Source: Bacillus subtilis subsp. subtilis str. 168
Lineage (GTDB): Bacteria; Bacillota; Bacilli; Bacillales; Bacillaceae
DNA length: 64,000 nucleotides
Assembly (NCBI RefSeq): GCF_000009045.1
Contig: NC_000964.3
Coordinates: 1,178,001-1,242,000 of the forward strand
Direction of reading: 5' to 3'
Positions 1 to 8,036 of the stretch are shown piece by piece. The position numbers were made by a program, and so were the translations under genes. How positions within the stretch are numbered: the stretch's first letter is position 1; every line of letters begins with the position of its first letter. Under the pieces are notes generated by a model. That model had not been told where the DNA came from and searched no databases. It was given only the letters and a program-made list of their open reading frames with translations.

Positions 1-213
1 AAGGCCGATAGAAGTAAGACGGCCAAACAAAAACAAGCCGATGCAGGAAATAATATCACCGCTGACATTTTGATAACCGAAAAAGCGTCCCTGCTGAACA
101 AGCAGTTTCAGCTCTTGTTCGCCATAATCCGGCCACCCGGCTTGCCCGCAAAGCCGCAATAAGCCGGAAACGTGTTCTTCATGAAGCTTAATCAGTTCAT
201 CTACTACGTCCAT
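1..213 (-). CDS. yitH: GNAT-family acetyltransferase, 5' part only (runs off window start)
   Basis: Hand translation from ATG at 213 (SD GCAGGTG): MDVVDELIKLHEEHVSGLLRLCGQAGWPDY..., open to position 1; directly downstream of yitI. Confidence 0.75.
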   Translation of the reverse strand, partial: MDVVDELIKLHEEHVSGLLRLCGQAGWPDYGEQELKLLVQQGRFFGYQNVSGDIISCIGLFLFGRLTSIGL

Positions 214-217
214 AAGA

Positions 218-667
218 TCACCTGCTTGTTCTAAGTGTTTTGTACATGACAATATGATTGCCAATGCCGGGAATGTCAAATGGTTCGCCAAGTTCCTTCC
301 AGCCAAGCTTGGCATAGTAGCCCTTGACATGGTGTCTTGCGTTGCACCATACCGCCTGAACGCCGCTCTCCGCCAGTTTGTGCTCCGCGTGTTTGATCAG
401 CGTGCTTCCAGCTTTTTGATCGCGATATCCCTCGAGCGTTGCCATGCCTCTCAGCCGATACGCAGAGGCTTCCGTTAATAAAGGCTGACTTTGCGGGGAA
501 AAAGAAGCGATGCTGATCAGCGTTCCATCATAAAACACGCCGAGATGAAAGGAGCCTTCTGCGTGATCCTCTTTATATTTGCATTGTTCGATGGATTGAT
601 GGGGACGCAGAATGCGATGCCGGATTTCATATGTATCTTCCACGGAAATGGTTTTGACTTCGAGCAT
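218..667 (-). CDS. yitI: GNAT-family N-acetyltransferase (149 aa)
   Basis: ORF 218..706; start moved to ATG 667 (SD GAGGAGG, 6-nt spacer); motif LRGMATLEGYRDQKAGSTLI. Confidence 0.88.
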   Translation of the reverse strand: MLEVKTISVEDTYEIRHRILRPHQSIEQCKYKEDHAEGSFHLGVFYDGTLISIASFSPQSQPLLTEASAYRLRGMATLEGYRDQKAGSTLIKHAEHKLAESGVQAVWCNARHHVKGYYAKLGWKELGEPFDIPGIGNHIVMYKTLRTSR

Positions 668-756
668 AATGTTCCTCCTCATGATTGTTTTTCTATATCG
701 TAACACGAATCTCGTTGAAAAAGACTGCCCGATTCGATCAGGCAGTCTTTTGGAAA

Positions 757-2595
757 TTAATGCAAAAAGATATTTTGGCGCTGCTCATCTTTTTGCTGAA
801 TATATGATGTGAGCTCAGCGGTTAAGTCAGATCTGAGGAAAGGCGTTATCAAGTAGATGCCGTTAAACAGCTCGCATGCCGTATCCAGCAGGGAGCGTGC
901 AATTGCAAGGCCTTCCGCCTTTTGCTTTTCTTTATCTTCACCGGCATGGGCCATTTTTTCGCGAATCGTATCAGACAGCTTAATGCCGGGAATTTCATTA
1001 TGGATGAATTCGGCATTCCGGCTGCTTGTCAGCGGCATGATGCCGATATAGATCGGCGTCTTCAGATGTTTTGTTTCGTTATGGATATCGACAAGCTGCT
1101 GCTCGGAATAGACAGGCTGAGAAACAAAATAATCTGCGCCGCAATCTATTTTTTTCTCAAGCCGTTTTACCGCTTTATCCAGATGGCGGACGTTAGGATT
1201 AAATGCGGCGGCAACTGAGAAATTCGTTTTCTTGCCGAGCGGTTTTCCAGACAGAGACAGACCTTCATTGAATTGTTTGATCAGCCTGATTAAATCAAAA
1301 GATGTTAAATCATATACAGACGTCGCCCCAGGAAAATCCCCGATTTTAGAAGGGTCACCTGTAATAGCAAGCACGTCATTCAGCCCTAACGTATCAAGGC
1401 CCATTAAATGTGACTGTAAGCCGATAATGTTACGGTCACGGCACGTAATATGGACAAGGGAACGCATATCGAGCTGCTGCTTGACAAGGGCGCCGCAGGC
1501 AACATTGCTGATCCGCGGGGTCGCCAAAGAATTGTCGGCGAGTGTCAGGGCATCGATTCCCGCTTCTTTTAATTCAGCAGCAGCGGACAGAAATTTGTCA
1601 AAGCTTAGTTTTTTCGGCGGGTCCAGCTCTACGATAATAGAGCGTTTTTTCGCTGCGATCTCATCCAGGCCGGGCTCGGTTCGCTCGTGATGAACAGAAA
1701 TGAATTCTTTCGCCCGGGTTTTGACTTCTTTTTCCGTAATCGGAGCCAGCCCGCCAACCGCTTCCGCCATCGCCCTGATGTGATTCGGCGTTGTGCCGCA
1801 GCAGCCGCCGATAATCCGCGCACCTTGCTTACGGAATTCTGACGCGCTGTTTTGAAAATACGTGTCGTCTGTTTCATAGACGAGCCGTCCCTCTTCAAGC
1901 GAAGGAAGACTGCTGTTCGGATAAACGGATAAGAATACGTCATCAAAAATCGGCACTTCGCTTAGCGCTTCAATCATGTGATAAGGGCCGAGGCGGCAGT
2001 TAATGCCGACAATATCAGCTCCGAGATCCGCAATCGAGCGCAATGCGTCAGAAAGCGGCGTTCCGTCCTGCAATACGCCTTGCTCGTGCATGGAGACATT
2101 GAGCATAATCGGAAGATCAGTCTCTTTGCGCGCGATTTTCAGCACTTCACGGGCTTCTTCCAAATCATAATATGTTTCTAACAGCAAGCCATCCGGCTCT
2201 TCATGCAGCAGCAGATACAGCTGCTCGCGGAAGCTGCGCTTAATTTCGTCAAGACTGTATGCGTTTTTATTAAATGTGCGTATGCCGCCCATCGTTCCAA
2301 GCACGTATGCATCGCCTGCTGAAGCCCGCGCGATCTTTACGGCCTCCTGATTCATTTTTTTGATGTCATCCTCAAGCCCGTGTCTGGATAATTTAATATA
2401 GTTGGCTCCGTACGTATTCGTTTGAATAATGTTGGCTCCCGCTTCAACGTACGCTTTATGTATGCGCTGAATTTCCTCCGGCTTTGAAATATTGAGCTCC
2501 TCAAAACACCTGTCAATGCCATAGGAGTAGAGGAGCGTCCCCATGGCGCCGTCACCGATTAACACCTGTCTTTGCAAATCTTCTAAAAGTCCCAT
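757..2595 (-). CDS. yitJ: Bifunctional homocysteine S-methyltransferase / 5,10-methylenetetrahydrofolate reductase
   Basis: 612 aa; DGAMGT, GINC and GGCCGTTP Zn-thiol motifs in the N-domain; MTHFR-like C-domain ([20 protein letters not shown]); SAM riboswitch upstream. Confidence 0.95.
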
Positions 2596-2635
2596 TGTCT
2601 GCCTCCTTTATTCACATCAGCAAGGAAAAAAGAGA

Positions 2636-2808
2636 AATAAAAAAAGTCCTCTTAAGAAGAAGACTTTGTCAGTGATTTTGTCTCTTCTTATCTTCCAAGC
2701 TGTTCGAGCTTGCTGGATTTAGCACCTTGGTCATGGCTGATCGCCATTACACCGGTTGCTGAAGCTTCGTCGGGCCAGTCCCTCTGCTTCTCTTGATAAG
2801 AACGGATA
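2636..2808 (-). promoter_or_regulatory. SAM-I (S-box) riboswitch with intrinsic terminator, yitJ leader
   Basis: Minus strand TTCTTATCAAGAGAAGCAGAGGGACTGGCCCGACGAAGCTTCAGCAACC...GGTGCTAAATCC...GATAAGAA; P1 halves at 2795-2802 and 2685-2692; terminator AAAGTCTTC..GAGGACTTTTTT at about 2636-2667. Confidence 0.97.
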
Positions 2809-2908
2809 TGAAATTTTCGTGTCAGGAAGTGCCAAAAGATATCTGGCGTTTTTCCCTTTCTCCAAATTTACCGAAAATAAAGACAATAATCAATAGGAAT
2901 CAGAAAAT

Positions 2909-3400
2909 TTATCTGAAATTTATAAATTGAACGTCAATTGGCAGATCTGCTCCCCGTACAGCTGAGATAATCTGCTGCAGGTCATCTTTGTTTTTTCCGG
3001 TGACACGCACTTGATCATCCTGCACCTGAGACTTTACTTTCAGTCCGGAGTTTTTGATGATCGTATTGATTTTTTTTGCGTTGTCCTTGTCAATGCCTTG
3101 AACAAGCTTTGCACGCTGGCGCACCGTTCCGCCTGACGCGTTTTCAACCTTGCCGTAATCAATGTTTTTTGTCGGTACGTTTCGTTTAATCAATTTGCTG
3201 ACCAGCACATCTTTCAGCTGGCTTAATTTGAATTCGTCATCGGAAACGAGGACCAGCTCCTCTTTATCTAAAGAAATGTCGCTTTTGCTGCCTTTAAAGT
3301 CATATCGGGTACTGATTTCCTTCAGTGCGATTTGGATTGCGTTTTGCACTTCAGGCAATTCCACCTTGGATACAATATCAAATGAACTTTCTTTTGCCAT
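2909..3400 (-). CDS. yitK: YajQ-family nucleotide-binding protein
   Basis: 163 aa; [29 protein letters not shown] YajQ signatures. Confidence 0.92.
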
Positions 3401-3434
3401 ATGAAAACCTCCATAACATTTAACTTATGTGTTG

Positions 3435-3463
3435 ATTATAGTAGAATAAAGAGAAACTTCCAA
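3435..3463 (-). promoter_or_regulatory. sigma-A promoter for yitK
   Basis: Minus strand TTGGAA-N17-TATAAT. Confidence 0.55.
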
Positions 3464-3546
3464 CAGAACAAAGAATCAATTTGTGATGATTGGAAAAAAT
3501 GTTAACAAAATCCGCAGAGAATAAGCGGAACAGGAAGGACGATAGC

Positions 3547-4395
3547 ATGAGACCAGGGCAGCAATTAACCTTGAGTATAGATCACCAAACCGACTTCGGT
3601 TACTTTTTAACCGATGGGGAAGATACGATTCTCTTACATAACAGTGAAATGACTGAGGATATCGAGGACAGAGACGAAGTAGAAGTCTTTATATACGTAG
3701 ACCAGCAGGAAAGGCTTGCGGCCACGATGAAAATTCCGATCATCAGCGCGGATGAATATGGCTGGGTTGAAGTGGTGGATAAAGTGGAAGATATGGGCGT
3801 TTTCGTTGATGTCGGTTTATCGAAGGACGCACTAGTCGCAACTGAGCATTTGCCGCCGTACGAAGATGTCTGGCCGCAAAAAGGGGACAAACTTTACTGT
3901 ATGCTGAAGGTGACGAACCGGGGGCGCATGTTTGCGAAACCAGCGCCGGAAGATATCATCAGCGAACTGTTTACCGACGCTTCAGAAGATCTGATGAATA
4001 AAGAGCTGACAGGTACGGTGTACAGGCTGATCGCATCGGGTTCATTCGTGATCACGGATGACGGTATCCGCTGTTTTATTCACCCGTCAGAAAGAAAAGA
4101 GGAGCCAAGACTGGGTTCAAGAGTCACAGGCCGGGTGATTCAAGTGAAAGAAGACGGTTCAGTCAACTTGTCGCTGCTTCCGAGAAAACAGGATGCAATG
4201 TCAGTTGATGCTGAGTGCATTCTAACGTATATGAGAATGAGAAACGGTGCCATGCCGTACAGTGACAAAAGCCAGCCTGACGATATCAGAGAACGTTTTA
4301 ATATGAGCAAAGCCGCCTTTAAACGCGCGCTGGGCCATTTGATGAAAAACGGAAAAGTGTATCAGGAAAATGGATGGACATACGAGAAAAAATAG
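3547..4395 (+). CDS. yitL: CvfB-family S1-domain RNA-binding protein
   Basis: ORF 3490..4395; ATG 3547 follows AGGAAGGA (upstream ATG 3499 also possible); repeated S1-like segments and C-terminal SKAAFKRALGHL winged-helix. Confidence 0.88.
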   Translation: MRPGQQLTLSIDHQTDFGYFLTDGEDTILLHNSEMTEDIEDRDEVEVFIYVDQQERLAATMKIPIISADEYGWVEVVDKVEDMGVFVDVGLSKDALVATEHLPPYEDVWPQKGDKLYCMLKVTNRGRMFAKPAPEDIISELFTDASEDLMNKELTGTVYRLIASGSFVITDDGIRCFIHPSERKEEPRLGSRVTGRVIQVKEDGSVNLSLLPRKQDAMSVDAECILTYMRMRNGAMPYSDKSQPDDIRERFNMSKAAFKRALGHLMKNGKVYQENGWTYEKK

Positions 4396-4399
4396 CATG

Positions 4400-4444
4400 A
4401 AAACGGCTCGCCTGCAGCAGACTGCGGAGCGAGCCGTTTTTTTA
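4400..4444. terminator. Bidirectional intrinsic terminator between convergent yitL and yitM
   Basis: AAAACGGCTCGC...GCGAGCCGTTTTTTT hairpin. Confidence 0.85.
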
Positions 4445-4447
4445 TGT

Positions 4448-5032
4448 CTAGTTTAATTCATCAACCAGCGTTCTGATTGCCATTTCGCGATCCACATTGT
4501 CTGAAATCGCAATCGGCGTAATATCAATGGCGAGAATGATCAGAATCAGGGCACCTGCTGCAGCAACATAAGAAACATAATAGAAATAGTTAGCGGTATC
4601 AACAGTGTTGACAAGCTCGGCCTGAACTCTGGATGTATCATCCTTAGAAGCGGCGATTTCCTTTGCAGCTTCTACTTTTTCTTCAACGATTTGACCTGCT
4701 TTTTTCAGCAGTTCATCCACTTTCAATGCATCTTTGCTGTAAACAGCTTTCTTCAGGTTATCAAAAAAGTCAGCATCCTCTTTTTTAATATCAGCGACAA
4801 CCTGATTGGCAAAAGCCTTTGCCTGTTTTGTGTTGAGTTTGTCTGTCATCGCTTTATTAAAGACCTCTGGAAGCTGTTTGCCAACTTCCCCTTGGGCAAA
4901 CACAAAGCCTTTAAAAATTTCCTCACCTGAATACTCAAGCTGCTTTGCCTGTGCCACACTTTCTTGCTGCTTCACCAAAAACACAGTCGTCACCAATACA
5001 ACCGACAAAAATACTAGAAACGCCTTCTTCAA
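4448..5032 (-). CDS. yitM: SdpC-family secreted peptide-toxin precursor (YIT toxin)
   Basis: 194 aa, TTG start with SD GAAGGGAG; signal peptide (VAQA/K); SGEEIFKGFVFAQGEVGK resembles the SdpC pro-region; hydrophobic C-terminal core; TTG overlaps the yitO TGA. Confidence 0.9.
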   Translation of the reverse strand: MKKAFLVFLSVVLVTTVFLVKQQESVAQAKQLEYSGEEIFKGFVFAQGEVGKQLPEVFNKAMTDKLNTKQAKAFANQVVADIKKEDADFFDNLKKAVYSKDALKVDELLKKAGQIVEEKVEAAKEIAASKDDTSRVQAELVNTVDTANYFYYVSYVAAAGALILIILAIDITPIAISDNVDREMAIRTLVDELN

Positions 5033-5958
5033 ACTGAAACCTCTCCCTTCTTGTGTTTTTTATTCCACAACAGTCTGCGAATATATGTAAATTGAATCGT
5101 GGAATCGATAGGAGTGAGATACAATATCAAAATGCCGGCCATGATAATCGAAAAACTGATGAGGCCCAGCATGACTGCAAAAATCTCATGCATAAAAACA
5201 GCGATGATCAAAATCAATCTCCAATGCTTCTTCGGCGCAAACAGTGCCGCGAAGATGACAATTTGAACCAGCAGCGTCCCCCATGTCGGAATCACCACGA
5301 ACGGACTTGTTACAATTGGCTTCGTTAACGCCTGAAAAAAGCCGTTGAAGCCAATGGTTTTTTCCTGGGCGAAATAATAGACGGCCGTTCCGTCCACCCA
5401 TTCCTGCTGAGATAGCTTAGCGACGGTAGAGTGAAAATAAAGCACCGCCACTTGGATTCTGATCACAAAATAAGAAATAAAAGCTGTTATTTTTCCAAGT
5501 GTTCTTTTGCCCTCTATAGGTCTCGTACTCCAATGCCATTTTCTCGGATCGGTCAGCGTGATGGGAAGCAATAAAAAGGTCATGACTGCTGCTGCCTGCT
5601 CGCCTCCGTCGATGACGATCAGCGATGACTGCAGGCTGTAACTGACATACCAATGCAGAACCCCGGTGATTCTGGGGCGCCAGCCAATGACAACAAGCAC
5701 CAGAATGGCAATGCAGACCCATCTGAAAAGATTTAACATCATATAGTTATTTTCGCCGAGACAAAAGAGACTGAGATTCATTTTACAAGCTGGATAGCTG
5801 CTGATCCCGCTGGCTGGCTTCATAATGAGGCTCGGGTGATTGATGAGCAGCGTCAGCAGGCTGGATAGCGCAATGATGCTTCGCGCGAGGCCATATACAT
5901 TTGTCCACGGGTTTCTTTCGTCCCATCTGGTGATGGTCTGTTTTATGTTTTCGAGCAT
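5029..5958 (-). CDS. yitO: SdpB-family membrane maturation protein (HTTM / vitamin K-dependent carboxylase-like)
   Basis: 309 aa multi-TM; IDGGEQ and YFHSTVAKLSQQEWVDG motifs. Confidence 0.88.
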   Translation of the reverse strand: MLENIKQTITRWDERNPWTNVYGLARSIIALSSLLTLLINHPSLIMKPASGISSYPACKMNLSLFCLGENNYMMLNLFRWVCIAILVLVVIGWRPRITGVLHWYVSYSLQSSLIVIDGGEQAAAVMTFLLLPITLTDPRKWHWSTRPIEGKRTLGKITAFISYFVIRIQVAVLYFHSTVAKLSQQEWVDGTAVYYFAQEKTIGFNGFFQALTKPIVTSPFVVIPTWGTLLVQIVIFAALFAPKKHWRLILIIAVFMHEIFAVMLGLISFSIIMAGILILYLTPIDSTIQFTYIRRLLWNKKHKKGEVSV

Positions 5959-6479
5959 GAGATCACAACCTTGACTATGCTTTTTACCTGATAAGACGAA
6001 GGGGTATATTTAGAATAGCTCCAAGGAACAATATCCTCTTTCGTCAAATAGTAGCTGCCACAAAGCAGCGGGCGGGGAGCGGGTGTTTTTAATTGCACGG
6101 TTTTGGCTTTGCTTTTGCATGCGCCGAGGTCCTTTTCTTTACATGCTGTCCACTGTTCCTTGCCGACTTGGCTGTAGATCACGCCCATTTCAACGCCTTG
6201 TGACCGCCCATACCGATACAGGCCGAATAGGTTGTCAGCCCTCATATTGGGCCATCTGACCTTGGCGCTGGCATTTTCAGCCTCATATAAGCCGATTGCA
6301 GTATCACGCGGATTTTTGCTAAAAAAGCCCCAGCCCTGAGGGAGGATGCTGGACATGAGAAATTTGGAGTCCTTTGTCAGCGGAATCGGGGTTGTCCCTA
6401 AGCTGCCAATAATAGAAAACAGAAATAGCGAACCCCAAAGGATTGAAAAAATGACAAAAAATGATATCGATTTCTGCAT
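5943..6479 (-). CDS. yitP: SdpA-family maturation protein (178 aa)
   Basis: Start moved to ATG 6479 (SD AAAAGGAG); N-terminal TM, PQGWGFFSKNPR motif; overlaps yitO start. Confidence 0.88.
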   Translation of the reverse strand: MQKSISFFVIFSILWGSLFLFSIIGSLGTTPIPLTKDSKFLMSSILPQGWGFFSKNPRDTAIGLYEAENASAKVRWPNMRADNLFGLYRYGRSQGVEMGVIYSQVGKEQWTACKEKDLGACKSKAKTVQLKTPAPRPLLCGSYYLTKEDIVPWSYSKYTPSSYQVKSIVKVVISCSKT

Positions 6480-6656
6480 TCGACTGCTCCTTTTAACCTG
6501 AAGAATCGTTTTTACACTTTTCATAATATAAAAACATTTATGTAATAAAAAGGTTAAAAAGTATGAGAAATTCCATTTTTGTTAAAAGGAAAAACAGGAC
6601 ATTTTACACTGCTATATGTGATTGATATATAGTGTTTTTTTCGATATATTTAAACC

Positions 6657-7004
6657 ATGAAAACGAATCAAGTTAATGACCGCTGGATTGTTCAATTTCG
6701 AAAAGGGATTTTCGAGCTGGCCATCCTATCCCTTCTGCGTTCTAAACCGATGTACGGTTATGAGCTGACGTCATCCTTAAAAACCACCTCGGCGCTGGCT
6801 ATTTCAGAGGGAGCGATTTATCCGATTTTGAAACGTATGACCGAGAAGGGATGGATCGAATTTTTTTGGGAAGATTCACTGGACGGCCCGAAAAGAAAGT
6901 ATTACAAAATGACGCAAAAAGGAGAAGAAATGTTAAAAGAACGGCTGGAGAAATACCTGGAAACCCATCAAGCCTTACTGTCTTTATCGGGGGATTTGCT
7001 ATGA
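6657..7004 (+). CDS. yizB: PadR-family transcriptional regulator
   Basis: 115 aa; [39 protein letters not shown]; ATGA overlap with yitQ; no obvious SD. Confidence 0.9.
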
Positions 7005-7588
7005 ATGGACAGCTTATCATTGACCGATACATGGAGGAACTAAATGCAGAGCTGGCGAATATGCCTGATGTAGAGAGAGAAAACGCTATCGACGAATTAA
7101 AGGGGCATATCACCGCTTTCGTTCAAGACAGAATCAAAGCCGGCCTTAGTGAAGAGGAACTGCAGGAAGCTGTTGAATCTGAATTTTCTCATCCGAAGGA
7201 GCTTGCCGAATTGATGATGGGTGATGGGGGAGAGACGAAAAGGAGGAGGTCTTTATTGGGCAAAAGCTGGATTTCGGTCCTTCTCATTGTCACGATTATC
7301 GCCCTGCCGCTGCTGCCGTCCGACTTCAGACATCTGCCGCTGGCTGTTTATTTAATGGTGCTCGCCGGATATGTATGGAAGCGGAAAAAATTGGTGATGT
7401 TTGCAGGTGTCAGAAAAAACAAAATGCGCTCTCAAAAGGAGATTGTCAAGATTTCGCGAGTCGGTGCGGTTTATCTGCTGTTTTTAGCAGTGGTGCTCCT
7501 TTTGAGCCCGTTCCTCAATGCGCTTGTCGTCCTGCTGCTGATTGCAGTAAGCTGCGCCGCTTTTTTTCTTTTTCTTAACATCAAGTAA
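7001..7588 (+). CDS. yitQ: Membrane immunity protein: N-terminal HAAS-like helical domain plus about 4 TM (195 aa)
   Basis: Start at ATG 7001 overlapping the yizB stop; [12 protein letters not shown]...AIDELKGHI...GLSEEE...[10 protein letters not shown] followed by hydrophobic segments. Confidence 0.85.
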
Positions 7589-7607
7589 TCTTGTAGGAGG
7601 CTGTAAG

Positions 7608-7901
7608 ATGGAAATCAGCATCAATTATCTATTAATTGTCATCGCGCTTTTATTCTTTGTGGTTGCCTATTTTGTCGGAATCAAAAAACAAACCTGGATG
7701 TTGGCTGGGTTTAACGAGGCGCGTATACGGGATAAAGATCGGCTGGCCAGAATAGCAGGCTACTTTTTCTTGAATTCCGGTTTGTTCATTTTGCTGAATA
7801 GTTTTATCTCATTTCAAGGTCAGGAGCAGCTCATACCTCCGCTTATACTGGCATATGGAGCAGGGGTTATTATTTATGTCAATAAAAAATTAGTAGAGTA
7901 G
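7608..7901 (+). CDS. yitR: Small 3-TM membrane protein (DUF3784-like)
   Basis: 97 aa, SD AGGAGG; WMLAGFNE resembles the DUF3784 LIAGYN motif. Confidence 0.85.
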   Translation: MEISINYLLIVIALLFFVVAYFVGIKKQTWMLAGFNEARIRDKDRLARIAGYFFLNSGLFILLNSFISFQGQEQLIPPLILAYGAGVIIYVNKKLVE

Positions 7902-7942
7902 AAAAAGAAGGGCAGAGCGAAATATCTCTGCCCTTCTTTTTT
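7902..7942 (+). terminator. Intrinsic terminator of yizB-yitQR
   Basis: AAAAAGAAGGGCAGAG-N8-CTCTGCCCTTCTTTTTT. Confidence 0.85.
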
Positions 7943-8036
7943 GGGAAAATAAGAACGAAGCACCACATACAAGTTTTTGTATTTTTGATAGGATGAAGAA
8001 AAATGGTAGATTCCAAAATAGGAAGGATGTGGTGTT

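Noticed and set aside
6851-7000. 50-aa N-terminal extension of yitQ in the ORF track
   Set aside because: Lies inside yizB with no SD; the ATGA overlap at 7001 is the better start
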